Both the position numbers and the translations under genes were made by a program. The notes beneath the pieces were generated by a model, which had not been told where the DNA came from, did not search any database, and saw only the letters and a program-made list of their open reading frames with translations. Shown here piece after piece: positions 37,152 through 47,815 of a stretch of 64,000 bases of DNA (positions are counted from its first letter, which is position 1; the number at the start of each line of letters is the position of its first letter). Source of the stretch: a virus (lineage: Duplodnaviria > Heunggongvirae > Uroviricota > Caudoviricetes); the IMG/VR virus record IMGVR_UViG_3300025121_000033; one strand, 5' to 3'.

Positions 37152-40100
37152 TTAGAATCCGCGCATCGCTTTTAAGAGCGCCGTGTTGCCAGTTCCTGAA
37201 ACATAATCATAATTTTTTATTCCGTAATTTGATGCTAGTTTTTGTCTGTTAGTAAGCGAAGAGTCATATCCGATACCTTTCAAATAATCTACAACAGACG
37301 GGCCGGAATAATTTTTAGGATTATAATTTTTAACTAAATCTGCTGCCGCCTGCGCAGTCTGAGCAGCCGGGGCAGTATAGTCCTGCGTGTTTGGGATAAA
37401 GGGATCAATATTTGTAGTTGTGACTGTTGGCGCAGTAGTCCTCGCAGCGGTCTGAGCTGCTGTTTGCTGTGCAGTCAATTGCTGTTGTAATGTGCTTGCT
37501 ACGCTTTGCGCGGGGTTAGTGCCAGCGACCGGTTGCGCCGGTTGTGCGGCCGGTGCGGTATACCCGCTGCTGGCTGGTAAAATTTCGCTTAGAGAAGTCG
37601 CTCTTTCACCAATTTGGCCTTCTGTAAATGGCCGTGCGGCGGCTTCTTCGGCGTCTAAAGAGTTTTGCAAAGCGGTTGCTGTTTGATAAGATGTCTTATC
37701 TTTAAGTGTCGTAAGCCTATTATTCATTAGTGTAGCATTAGTTTCGCTTCTATACAACGGCGTTCCACTACTGGTATCGATATTGGCATCAATTATCGCT
37801 TGCAGATAAGCGTCTGACTCGTTTGGGGCTAGTGATCTGAGGTTTTCCAAAGTAAAAAAATTTAAATCTTCTTGAGAAGGCACAAGAGCCCAAGACTGTA
37901 ATTCGCTTTGGCTAGGCGCTGAATAAATTAATTGTCCGTTTTGGTCATAAACGCCATTTTTCATTTCAGTCGCAGTAGCATATTTAAGGAAGTACTCCCT
38001 GCGCTTAGCAGTTTCGTCATCAGTCCTTGTTTGTCTCAGAAGGTCGTCTTGTTTTCTTACGCGCTGGAGCATTTTATCTCTGGCTTCTTGGTGGATGCCG
38101 CTCTCATAAATATTAGCTCCAGACATTGTAGTGCCAAGCGTATTAATTTGATCCCAAGCGTTAAGAGCATTGTCTGCCAGTTTAATTTTGTATTTACTTT
38201 CTATCTGCTGCTTCAACATGCGCCACTGTTCTTGCGCCAGAGCATGAGTTCTCTCATTATTAGATTCAAGATTTTGCAAAATAACATCATGGTATAATGA
38301 TTTTATCTTGTCGACTTCAGCTTTAAATTCAGGAGAAGTAACATCTAAAAGCGGCGTTAAGAAATTGAACGCTTCTTTTGGTAATTGGAATATTGGTAAA
38401 TTAAAAACAGAAGAATCTTGTTCCGCGTATTGCGCTGGGACAGTAAGAGACGGTATTGAATTTGCAGCTTGACCACCAACAGTATTAGCGTATTCAGTCT
38501 TAGATAAGTTAGGATTTATGATCATTACGTTAGATACGGAAGGATCGCCGCTCGCTGATAATTCTCGGCGTTTTAAATCTTTAAATACATCATTAAAAGA
38601 GTACCCACCATAAGCCACAGCGTTTAAGTAGAATGCGTAAAGATTAGGATTATTTCTGATGTTGCTAATTGTAGAAGGAGTAACCCCGGCTTGCTGCGCA
38701 ACAGTTAAGAATCCGTCTAACATCAGATGCGCATCAGAATTTTTTTGCACAGTTGGCGTCTGATTATAATAATGCGCAAAAGTAATTGAAGCGTCCTGCT
38801 TAGCTTGAAACATCGGGTCTGTACCATCGCTTTGGATTGTGCCACTGGCGTCAGGCGGCTGAGTGAACCCCTTATTCAATAATAGACTAATAGAGATTGT
38901 CGGAATTCTACCGGCAGCGTCTAACTGCTCAACCGTTGCGCCATTAAGAGGTTGGTAATTAGCCACCGCTTCTGGAGAAGCAAATTTCTGAATAGTCTTT
39001 GTAGCCGCGTCGATTAAATATAGATCATTGGGTCGAGTTGGATCTAAGCGCACTACGCCCATTGCCCCACCGTCAAATGTAAAATCATCCCAGTTACCAA
39101 TATCGGTATAAGAAGGCGTTTGTGCCGCGGGTGTAGTTGGCTCTTCTACTGGTTCAGGTTCTACATACATTTCTGGGGTTGTACCAGACACGTCTTGTTT
39201 GTAGCGTTTTCCATTAAGATAAACAGCGGCTCCATCAAGATATTTTTCTATCGTCCACTTGCGCCGCGCTTCGTCTGTAATAGTAGAAAAATCAGGTGGC
39301 ACTAAAGACCAGCCGTTTGTATCGGTTGTGTTATCTACTGGCGCTGGTGGAATTGTCAATTCTTTTTCAGCTTCCGGGATAGTATTAACACGATCGCCCA
39401 GAAGTTCGTTGACTGCATTCACGGCTTGAGAAGGAGTGTAATTAGCCGCAATGTATTTATCAAGATACTGCTGATATTCACCTGGCTTTAAAGCATTATT
39501 TTCTGGCGTCGTCGCCGGTACAGTGCCATCTGGTGAACCCATTGTCTGCCATTGCTCCCACATTAATGCTTTGTTGGCTTCTGACTTTTCAAATGTCGGT
39601 TGTACGTTGCCCCAGTAAGTTTCAAAGGCGGTGGAGTAGTTTGTGTTAGTTGGAATATTAGTTGTTTGTGGCGCTGCTGGTTGCGTTGAAGTTGATGGAG
39701 TCGTAGTCGCGGGCGCTGGAGTTAAAGAAACACCAGGTACATACACACCGGGCTGGACATACACTACCGCGTAATTATTAGTAGTGTCATAAGCTTTTAA
39801 AGTGTTCGTAGCGGTTGGAGCGGATGTCTTAGCTTGGTTGTTAGTTGTTGTTGTTGGTTGTGTCGCCGAAGACGACTGAGTAGCGGCGGCGATAGATCTT
39901 GGGCCCCAATACCCTGGGCCAGTAGAATTATCTACGCCATTTGCTTCTTGCCATGCTTTTACAGCGGCAGTTGTTTGTGGCCCATAAGTTCCGTAGCCGG
40001 TGTTAACTTGCGCCTGAGTCATGTGGCCTTGGGCGACAAGAAAATCTTGCAATTGTTTTACAGCTGCGCCAGTACTGCCGGGTTGCAGATTAGTTGTTGG

Positions 40101-40805
40101 GAAATTTACCGTATTAACTGTTGATTGCGATTGCGCTGGCGCGTTTCCAAATGAAGCGAGTTGTAAGTCGCTTTCGTGTTTTGCGTCCGACGCAAGTTTA
40201 TCAAATGGATCTTGATAAGTATTCTCCAGATTTGAGATTTGCTTAAAAACTTCAGGCGCGCCTTGAGAAAGAGGTTTTGTAAATTCATCAGTTATTCTCG
40301 TGTAAGCTTCTTGCATCTGGGTGATATCACCGGCAAGATTGGAGAGGTCTTTACCAGTCGCCAAACGCTCCTCTGCGTTCTTCTGAGCTTGCTGTAAGTC
40401 AATCAAATACTGATTAAAATCACGAGTTCCATCTGGTGTAAAATACTCACTTAATCTCTTTTGCCATTTACCACCAGCGCTCGAACTGCCGCGTGGTTGC
40501 CCGTTGCCCAACATAAAAGTTGATCCGTCAACATTTAAGCCCATATTCAAAGCAGCGTCTGAAGCAAAATTAGGATTAACACGGTTAACAATAGCCAGCT
40601 GCTCTGGTATAGAAAGTGATTTGAACTTACTCATAAAACCAGCGACATCAGGTGGTTTGTACGCTATTAGTTTTTGGGCAAGAGCGATTTGTTCAGGCGT
40701 AGCGCCAGCAGCTGCTTGTGCATCGATTAGAGCTTGAATAGCCGCTCTTTGTTCAGGTGTTAATTGGCTTGATGGCGTATAAGTTCCGAGTGCTTCGTTG
40801 GGCAT
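37152..40805 (-). CDS. 1217-aa structural protein containing a peptidoglycan-binding (PG_binding_1-like) domain.
   Basis: GSTGAAVKQLQDFLVAQGHM...GYGTYGPQTTAAVKAWQEANGV. Confidence 0.5.
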   Translation of the reverse strand: MPNEALGTYTPSSQLTPEQRAAIQALIDAQAAAGATPEQIALAQKLIAYKPPDVAGFMSKFKSLSIPEQLAIVNRVNPNFASDAALNMGLNVDGSTFMLGNGQPRGSSSAGGKWQKRLSEYFTPDGTRDFNQYLIDLQQAQKNAEERLATGKDLSNLAGDITQMQEAYTRITDEFTKPLSQGAPEVFKQISNLENTYQDPFDKLASDAKHESDLQLASFGNAPAQSQSTVNTVNFPTTNLQPGSTGAAVKQLQDFLVAQGHMTQAQVNTGYGTYGPQTTAAVKAWQEANGVDNSTGPGYWGPRSIAAATQSSSATQPTTTTNNQAKTSAPTATNTLKAYDTTNNYAVVYVQPGVYVPGVSLTPAPATTTPSTSTQPAAPQTTNIPTNTNYSTAFETYWGNVQPTFEKSEANKALMWEQWQTMGSPDGTVPATTPENNALKPGEYQQYLDKYIAANYTPSQAVNAVNELLGDRVNTIPEAEKELTIPPAPVDNTTDTNGWSLVPPDFSTITDEARRKWTIEKYLDGAAVYLNGKRYKQDVSGTTPEMYVEPEPVEEPTTPAAQTPSYTDIGNWDDFTFDGGAMGVVRLDPTRPNDLYLIDAATKTIQKFASPEAVANYQPLNGATVEQLDAAGRIPTISISLLLNKGFTQPPDASGTIQSDGTDPMFQAKQDASITFAHYYNQTPTVQKNSDAHLMLDGFLTVAQQAGVTPSTISNIRNNPNLYAFYLNAVAYGGYSFNDVFKDLKRRELSASGDPSVSNVMIINPNLSKTEYANTVGGQAANSIPSLTVPAQYAEQDSSVFNLPIFQLPKEAFNFLTPLLDVTSPEFKAEVDKIKSLYHDVILQNLESNNERTHALAQEQWRMLKQQIESKYKIKLADNALNAWDQINTLGTTMSGANIYESGIHQEARDKMLQRVRKQDDLLRQTRTDDETAKRREYFLKYATATEMKNGVYDQNGQLIYSAPSQSELQSWALVPSQEDLNFFTLENLRSLAPNESDAYLQAIIDANIDTSSGTPLYRSETNATLMNNRLTTLKDKTSYQTATALQNSLDAEEAAARPFTEGQIGERATSLSEILPASSGYTAPAAQPAQPVAGTNPAQSVASTLQQQLTAQQTAAQTAARTTAPTVTTTNIDPFIPNTQDYTAPAAQTAQAAADLVKNYNPKNYSGPSVVDYLKGIGYDSSLTNRQKLASNYGIKNYDYVSGTGNTALLKAMRGF

Positions 40806-40806
40806 A

Positions 40807-41022
40807 TTATTGTATTATATTTGTAAGTTCAAGTGTGATGTTTGGGCCAAATTTAGTTTTAAGTTTTTGTTCGCATTTAGTTTTAATCGTTTCAATTTTT
40901 TCATCCGTCAATTTTTCTTTTGTCTCAACATAAAGATTATTTAGCATCATCGTAATCTCAAAATCACCGACTTCGTCCGTTTCTTTCTTAAAGTTAATCT
41001 TGGGTTGGAAAATATAATACAT
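40807..41022 (-). CDS. Hypothetical small protein (71 aa).
   Basis: ORF abutting both neighbours. Confidence 0.4.
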   Translation of the reverse strand: MYYIFQPKINFKKETDEVGDFEITMMLNNLYVETKEKLTDEKIETIKTKCEQKLKTKFGPNITLELTNIIQ

Positions 41023-41023
41023 A

Positions 41024-44000
41024 TTATACGACTAATTCGATTGCTTTGCCAGCGTTGCCAGCATTAGCAGCGCTACCGTTATTACCTGGTGAACCATTTG
41101 CAGATATTAAACCGATGCCCCCCGCACCACCAGTCCCAGTTGTGCCAGCGGCACCGCCTGAAGCGGTAATTGTGCCAGAGCCACTCTTTGTAGAATAAAC
41201 AACTATGGTAACACCGCCAGCGCCTCCGCCTCCAGCGCCCCCTCCGCCGCCACCACCGCCTCCATAACCTGAAGCGTGGCTGGGGTGCCCATCACCTCCA
41301 TCGCCGCCATCGCCGCCATTACCACCTGCGCCACCGTCTGCAGAAATAGCTCCGTTATTGACAATTGTTTTAGCGAATACTATGACAATACCACCTGTTG
41401 AGCCAGAACCACCACCACCGCCACCGCCACCGCCAAAACCTTCAACAGAAGACAATCTCCCAACACCTCCACCCGCACCGCCCCCACTTCCTGAACCAGC
41501 TGATGAACGAATAGAATCAGCAGATGGTAAATCATCCGCCATTCTCATCGCATGTTGCGAATTGCGCGGTGTGTTATAAACAGTGCCTGATTTAGCCCCT
41601 CCACCGCCGCCGCTTCCGCCAGATTGTGTCCCCGAACCTGGGTTACCTGATGCTCCACCTGTTCCGCCATTTGAACCATCAGCCCCGTTCGCAGCGAATC
41701 CTTTAACGCTGCCATCGCCTGCGGTCCCTGGGTCGCCTGGGTCACTACCTGTCCCTCTACCGTTTTTACCAGCTCCGCCGGTCTTACCATCTTCTCCGCC
41801 TGAAATTGATCCGCTTGTTTTTGCTGCCCCGCCTGAACCACCAGCGCCACCAGCGCCGTGGCTCGATCCTGTGTAATCATCACCATCGCCCCCGGCAGTG
41901 CCGGCAGTGCCCGCAAGCCCATCTCTGTGCACTTTATAAGTGCTATTAATTGTTAAAATACCCTTAACGAATAATCTGTATCCGCCACAATCTAAGCTAC
42001 CGCCTGATAAAGTTAAATCATCAAAGTAAGCATCTCGTGTTAAAATATTTGAAGTGATTGGGCCAGAAGAAAATGAACCTGAATTTATATCAACATCACC
42101 GTCTGAGCCATCACCGAATTGGTTTTGGTTGCTTAACGCAGATCCATTAATCGTCGCAGACTGAGCGACTAAATCGCCAGCGGCAGTCACATAAAACAAA
42201 GCTCCTGTTCCGGCATTATCGGTAGCACCCGCGAAGAACGATTTTGTTGTCCCAGTCCCTTGGATTGAGCCAGAAAAAGCAGAACCTGAACCACCGTACC
42301 ATTTACCAGAAGCAATCGTCCAGCCAGAACCAGCGCCGCCGATATAACCTGTGTCAGCTGTTACTGTGCCGGTGATGGTTGCGCTTGACGCAGTTAAAGC
42401 GCCAGCTTCAGTAACTCTAAATTCTGCACTGCCCGGCGTTGCATCTCCTGCCCAAAAACGAATATCGTCTCCGCCTGTGACTGCAGAAGAGAGGCCGACT
42501 ACTCCTGCCGCGTCCTTAATGGCATCCGAAGTGACCACCCAACCGCCGATTGCGCCAGAAGTAGCAGTTATCGCCCCTGTTATTGTAGCAGAAGTTGCTG
42601 TAAGTGCGCCAGACTCCGTGACTCTAAACTCAGCGCTTCCTGGCGTAGCGTCTCCTGCCCAGAAGCGAATATCATCGCCTCCGGTTACAGCTGAAGATAA
42701 TCCGACTACCCCGGCAGCGTCCTTAATTGCGTCTGAAGTAACAACCCATCCGCCGATTGCGCCAGATGTAGCAGTTATTGCTCCGGTGATGGTTGCGCTT
42801 GTAGCAGTCAATGCACCAGCTTCAGTGACTCTAAATTCAGCGCTTCCTGGCGTAGCATCTCCCGCCCAGAAGCGAATGTCATCGCCTCCAGTTACAGCGG
42901 ATGATAAACCGACTACTCCGGCAGCGTCAGTAATTGAAGTAGAATTTATTGTCCACCCTCCGATTGTCCCAGAGGTCGCTGTTATTGACCCTGTGATAGT
43001 CGCGCTTGTAGCGGTAAGGGCCCCCGCGTGAGATACTCTAAATTCGGCAGAACCTGGGGTATCGTTGCCTGCCCAAAAAGCGTAAGTAGCATCTCCGGTA
43101 GTAGTTGCTAACCCAATTCCAGTAGAAGTAATCTTGCCAGCTGCGATAACCCAGCCACTTGTGCCACCGATATAGCCAGTATTAGCAACAATTACGCCTT
43201 TTAAGTAGGCATTATCAGTATATAAACCCCAAACATCTGTCGAACTTAAACCAACGTCAGCGTCAACGATACCTTGTAGCCATCCGAATCTGCCGTGGAT
43301 TGTGTAATCACTATAAGTATTTGAGTTACGACCGTAAATATCAATATAAGGGCTGCTGGCAGAAGAGCTGTCAAGTAAGACAAAGCCTGTCTTCGTCCCA
43401 GTGCCCACGCCCATTGATACTACAGCAGTGCCTGTCGTCCAGACAGGGTTATTATCAGCAGTATACGAACCAGCCAAGTCGCGAGTTACGACATAAGTCG
43501 GAGCACCTGATGCGTCAGTTACTAGCATCCATTCGTCGTCTGTGCCGTCTTTTATTCTAATAACTTCATTGTTTACAAATGTTGTTTCGCCTGTTATGAC
43601 GACATTTGACGCGTCTAAAGCAGTCATATCAGAATCAAGCACATCAGCTTTTGAAACTAACACAATACCATTGACAGCAGAAATTGTGTCTTTTTCGAAA
43701 ACAGATGTTCTAATAGTGCCGCGCACAGTAACGTTTTGAAATTCGGCCTCGCCAGTACTCATTATGCGCCAGCCAGAACCCAATGGGCCAGAAACAAATG
43801 AACTAGAGCTAATAAAGTTAGACCCCAAAGTGTTTCCTCCGATTGTACCTGAAGTCGCCGAGATGACTCCAGCTTCTGTGACACGGAATGGAGCAGATCC
43901 TGGCGTTACGTGCCCAGCCCAGAATCTGATATCATCTCCACCAGTCACAGCCGAAGATAAACCAAAAGTAGCGGCAGTATCTGTTATGGTTGTCGCGTTA

Positions 44001-47000
44001 ATTGTAAATCCACCGATAGCGCCAGAAGTAGCAGTGATCGCGCCAGAGATAGAAACTCCTGTAGCGGATAAAGCCCCAGCATGGGTTACGCTAAATTCAG
44101 CAGATGCGGGTGTGTCATTGCCTGCCCAGAAAGCATAAGTGGCGTCTCCAGCGGAGGTCGCTACTCCGATCCCAGTGGAAGTAATTTTACCTGTAGCGAT
44201 TACCCAGCCAGTTACTCCACCAATATACCCTGTATTCGCTGTTATAACACCAGTGATTGTCGCTGACGAAGCAGTCAATGCACCAGCTTCAGTGACTCTA
44301 AATTCCGCGCTTCCTGGTGTAGCGTCTCCAGCCCAAAATCTAATATCATCGCCTCCAGTTACAGCTGAAGATAATCCGACTACTCCGGCAGCGTCTTGAA
44401 TATAATCAGCTCCAATTACCCACCCACCAATAGTACCGGTCGTGGCTGTGATACTGCCTGTGATTGTGGCTGAAGTCGCGACTAATGCGCCTGCTTCGGT
44501 AACACGGAAAGGCGCTGATGCTGGTGTAGCATTACCAGCAAAAAAGCGGATATCATCGCCTCCGGTTACAGTCGATAACATGCCGACTACCCCAGCCGCG
44601 TCTTTAATTGAATCAGCGCCGATAGCCCAGCCGCCAATAGTCGCAGTCCCAGCGCCGATACTGCCAGCTGTGATCGTGCCTAAATCAGCGGTGATGGCTG
44701 ATAGTTGAGAAACACTAAGTAACCCAGCTGTGATGGAATTTGCGACGATAGAATCAGTGCCAAGCAAAAATGTTCCTCCGATACCTCCGAATACTTGGAA
44801 AGTGGCAGCCGCTGCGCCATTAATTGCTGTCGCAACGATTATCTTACCAGTACCAACAGCGGTAGTCGCGGTCGTTGTTACTTGAAAAGCTATAGTAGAT
44901 ACTGCGATATCTAAGTAAATGTAAGTGCGTGCGACCATGTTGCCCGTGTTACCGGCTCCAATACTATAAGATGTGCCGCCAGTTACAGTCAAAGTACCTG
45001 CTCCCCAAGAAACAGTATCAGCATCAGTAGAAGAAAATGCGCAAGTTAAATTCCATCCTTGGTTGGCAATATTTAAGTTTGTTTGTGCGACAGTGCCGCT
45101 TAAGTAGTCTGTCGCTATAACTGAGCCGACTGCCGCAGTTAAAGCGCCGGTTATAGTTGCGGTTGAGGCGGTCAATGCGCCAGCTTCTGTTACTCTAAAT
45201 GGTGCTGACGCCGGTGTCGCGTTCCCCGCGAAAAAGCGTATGTCATCACCGCCAGTAACAGTCGAGAGCATGCCCACAACCCCGGCTGCGTCCTTAATAG
45301 CGTCTGATGTCACCACCCAACCTCCGATCGCTCCTGTGGTAGCCGTTATAGCGCCTGTGATAGTCGCGCTTGTGGCGACTAAAGCACCAGCTTCAGTAAC
45401 GCGGAAGGGGGCACTCCCAGGTGTAGCATTTCCAGCAAAAAATCTAATATCGTCACCGCCTGTTACTGTTGAGAGCATCCCTACTACGCCCGCCGCGTCT
45501 TTGATAGCGTCAGACGTCACGACCCAGCCACCAATAGCGCCAGAAGTAGCAGTGATAGCACCTGTAATAGTTGCTGAAGTCGCGACAATCGCGCCTGATT
45601 CATATACTCTGAACTCAGCGCTCGCAGGTGTTGCGTCACCCGCCCAAAAGCGAATATCGTCTCCACCTGTTACAACAGCTGAAAGTCCGACTGTTCCGGC
45701 TGCGTCTTTTAAATACCCGGCAGATATTACCCAACCTGAAGTACCGCCGATGTAACCAGTATTAGCGACGATTACACCCTTGATGTAAGCGTTATCAGTG
45801 TATAAGCCCCAGACATCAGTAGATGATAATCCAACGTCGCTATCAACAATACCTTGAAGCCAGCCAAAGCGTCCATGAATAGTATAATCAGAATAAGTAT
45901 TGGAATTTCTGCCATAGATATCGATATATGGCGAAGAAGCGCTTGAACTGTCAAGAAGGACAAACCCAGTTTTAGTCCCTGTGCCTACGCCCATAGATAC
46001 TACAGCCGTCCCTATCTTCCACACCGGGTTATTATTTGCTGTGTAAGTCGCTGCTAAATCGCGAGTCACGACATAAGTAGGCGCGCCAGAAGCATCAGTG
46101 ACCAACATCCATTCGTCATCAGTCCCGTCTTTAATGCGGATTACTTCATTATTAACAAAAGTAGTCTCACCTGTAATAGTAACTGTCGAAGCGTCAAGCG
46201 CCGTCATGTCAGCGTCAAGCACATCAGCTTTTGAAACCAAAACTATACCATTCACCGCTGAGATAGTATCTTTTTCAAAAACAGATGTTCTGATTACGCC
46301 GCGCACCGTTACATTCTGAAATTCAGCTTCACCCGTGCTCATTAATCTCCACCCCGTACCAAGTGGCCCGGACACGAACGAACTTGAACTGATAAAGTTA
46401 GTGCCAAGAGTGTTTCCACCAATTGTACCGCTTGTTGCTTTGATAACACCAGCTTCAGTGACATAGAACGGCGCAGAAGCAGGTGTCGCGTTGCCAGCCC
46501 AAAAGCGAATATCATCGCCCCCTGTTACAGCTGAAGATAATCCGACTACAGCAGCAGTGTCAGTAATACTAGTCGCGTTTATCGTCCAACCTCCGATTGT
46601 ACCGGACGTGGATGTGATAGACCCTGTAATTGTAGCTGAGCTGGCGACAAGAGCGCCTGATTCAGTAACATAGAACGGCGCTGATGCTGGTGTTGCGTGG
46701 CCGGCCCAGAAGCGAATGTCATCGCCTCCAGTTACAGCAGCGGATAAGCCAACCACACCTGCAGCGTCTTTAATATAATTCGTAGAAACTACCCATCCTG
46801 TTGCCCCTCCAAGGTATCCGGAATTCGCCGTAATCACACCAGTCACTGTCGCAGAAGTAAATGAAGCTGCGCCGGTGTTAAGAACATAAGCAGGAGCAGT
46901 CGCATATCCGGTTGCTTCATTTGTCCCCCACCACGTATTACCGGTAGTATCAACGTGCATTGAATTAGCGGTGGTTGTATCAGGTATGTCTAATTTACCG

Positions 47001-47809
47001 ACGGAGATAGCCGTTGCTGTAACACTGCCGTCTTCGTATACACGATAAGGAGCAGTGGCTCTATTAGCGAAGGTGGAACCAGCCCAAATTCTTACGTCAT
47101 TTCCACCTGTGACAGTAGAAGCAAAACCAAAACTATCAGCCGCGTCCCTGATATAATCTGAACCGATACTAAAGCCGCCGATAGCGCCAGTTGTAGCAGT
47201 GATCGAACCGGTGATATTTAATGCCGCGCCAGTCCAGTGGATAAAATCGCCAGCAGGGTCTCCGGCCCTAAATTCATAATCAGATCCGTCTTTGCCGATA
47301 AATATACCAACTCCAGTTAGAGGTGCAGTCGCCAAACCGAATAATATTTGCTCATTAGTAGAGTTGATGTGAACACTCCCACTGGATAATTCATTGGCAG
47401 ATATTGTCCATCCGCCGATAGCGCCAGCTGTGGCAGTAATAGTGCCTTCGATAGTAGCATTTTTAGCAAAGAAGTTTAAGCATTCAATATATCCACTTGG
47501 CCCGTCAATCCAAAAACCGCGCTCTTTAGGGGCGTAGTTAGTTGATTTAATCCACGTGTCTATCCAGACATCGGCCATTTGTGACCCTTCTACTGTGCCA
47601 GGTCTAACTTGAGCCGGTGAGGATACTTGTGTGCCGCCTGATGTCGCCGCCAAATCATCTGACTGCGCGACGTTTCCCATGTTGTAATTAGCTCCACTTA
47701 GTAAATTCTCACCGCTTTCAACCTTCACCATGTCTCCATCCGCTCTCCGCATCAAGTTATCGTATGGCAAGTCGATTGTCTGATAATCCATTTTATCGCC
47801 TTGCGCCAT
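41024..47809 (-). CDS. Giant (2261 aa) repetitive tail-fibre-like protein with many TGGDDIRFWAG...ATITG...IGGW repeats and a Gly-rich collagen-like C-terminus.
   Basis: Massive internal repeats at both protein and DNA level. The Gly-X-Y-like tail has the form GGAGGSGGAAKTSG.... Confidence 0.6.
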   Translation of the reverse strand: MAQGDKMDYQTIDLPYDNLMRRADGDMVKVESGENLLSGANYNMGNVAQSDDLAATSGGTQVSSPAQVRPGTVEGSQMADVWIDTWIKSTNYAPKERGFWIDGPSGYIECLNFFAKNATIEGTITATAGAIGGWTISANELSSGSVHINSTNEQILFGLATAPLTGVGIFIGKDGSDYEFRAGDPAGDFIHWTGAALNITGSITATTGAIGGFSIGSDYIRDAADSFGFASTVTGGNDVRIWAGSTFANRATAPYRVYEDGSVTATAISVGKLDIPDTTTANSMHVDTTGNTWWGTNEATGYATAPAYVLNTGAASFTSATVTGVITANSGYLGGATGWVVSTNYIKDAAGVVGLSAAVTGGDDIRFWAGHATPASAPFYVTESGALVASSATITGSITSTSGTIGGWTINATSITDTAAVVGLSSAVTGGDDIRFWAGNATPASAPFYVTEAGVIKATSGTIGGNTLGTNFISSSSFVSGPLGTGWRLMSTGEAEFQNVTVRGVIRTSVFEKDTISAVNGIVLVSKADVLDADMTALDASTVTITGETTFVNNEVIRIKDGTDDEWMLVTDASGAPTYVVTRDLAATYTANNNPVWKIGTAVVSMGVGTGTKTGFVLLDSSSASSPYIDIYGRNSNTYSDYTIHGRFGWLQGIVDSDVGLSSTDVWGLYTDNAYIKGVIVANTGYIGGTSGWVISAGYLKDAAGTVGLSAVVTGGDDIRFWAGDATPASAEFRVYESGAIVATSATITGAITATSGAIGGWVVTSDAIKDAAGVVGMLSTVTGGDDIRFFAGNATPGSAPFRVTEAGALVATSATITGAITATTGAIGGWVVTSDAIKDAAGVVGMLSTVTGGDDIRFFAGNATPASAPFRVTEAGALTASTATITGALTAAVGSVIATDYLSGTVAQTNLNIANQGWNLTCAFSSTDADTVSWGAGTLTVTGGTSYSIGAGNTGNMVARTYIYLDIAVSTIAFQVTTTATTAVGTGKIIVATAINGAAAATFQVFGGIGGTFLLGTDSIVANSITAGLLSVSQLSAITADLGTITAGSIGAGTATIGGWAIGADSIKDAAGVVGMLSTVTGGDDIRFFAGNATPASAPFRVTEAGALVATSATITGSITATTGTIGGWVIGADYIQDAAGVVGLSSAVTGGDDIRFWAGDATPGSAEFRVTEAGALTASSATITGVITANTGYIGGVTGWVIATGKITSTGIGVATSAGDATYAFWAGNDTPASAEFSVTHAGALSATGVSISGAITATSGAIGGFTINATTITDTAATFGLSSAVTGGDDIRFWAGHVTPGSAPFRVTEAGVISATSGTIGGNTLGSNFISSSSFVSGPLGSGWRIMSTGEAEFQNVTVRGTIRTSVFEKDTISAVNGIVLVSKADVLDSDMTALDASNVVITGETTFVNNEVIRIKDGTDDEWMLVTDASGAPTYVVTRDLAGSYTADNNPVWTTGTAVVSMGVGTGTKTGFVLLDSSSASSPYIDIYGRNSNTYSDYTIHGRFGWLQGIVDADVGLSSTDVWGLYTDNAYLKGVIVANTGYIGGTSGWVIAAGKITSTGIGLATTTGDATYAFWAGNDTPGSAEFRVSHAGALTATSATITGSITATSGTIGGWTINSTSITDAAGVVGLSSAVTGGDDIRFWAGDATPGSAEFRVTEAGALTATSATITGAITATSGAIGGWVVTSDAIKDAAGVVGLSSAVTGGDDIRFWAGDATPGSAEFRVTESGALTATSATITGAITATSGAIGGWVVTSDAIKDAAGVVGLSSAVTGGDDIRFWAGDATPGSAEFRVTEAGALTASSATITGTVTADTGYIGGAGSGWTIASGKWYGGSGSAFSGSIQGTGTTKSFFAGATDNAGTGALFYVTAAGDLVAQSATINGSALSNQNQFGDGSDGDVDINSGSFSSGPITSNILTRDAYFDDLTLSGGSLDCGGYRLFVKGILTINSTYKVHRDGLAGTAGTAGGDGDDYTGSSHGAGGAGGSGGAAKTSGSISGGEDGKTGGAGKNGRGTGSDPGDPGTAGDGSVKGFAANGADGSNGGTGGASGNPGSGTQSGGSGGGGGAKSGTVYNTPRNSQHAMRMADDLPSADSIRSSAGSGSGGGAGGGVGRLSSVEGFGGGGGGGGGSGSTGGIVIVFAKTIVNNGAISADGGAGGNGGDGGDGGDGHPSHASGYGGGGGGGGGAGGGGAGGVTIVVYSTKSGSGTITASGGAAGTTGTGGAGGIGLISANGSPGNNGSAANAGNAGKAIELVV
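42350..46800. repeat. Coding tandem/dispersed repeats of about 195 nt, plus a duplicated block of about 0.6 kb (43200-43800 vs 45780-46380), inside the giant fibre gene.
   Basis: Near-identical nucleotide stretches are visible by eye. The antisense ORFs in the track are artefacts of these repeats. Confidence 0.7.
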
Positions 47810-47815
47810 ATATTT

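Noticed and set aside
42351-46673. Plus-strand ORFs of 60-226 aa with Ala/Val/Pro-rich repeats inside the giant - strand gene, and the question of a CRISPR-like repeat array.
   Set aside because: They are antisense shadows of the coding tandem repeats. The repeats are about 195 nt, degenerate and in-frame coding. They are not short CRISPR direct repeats with unique spacers.
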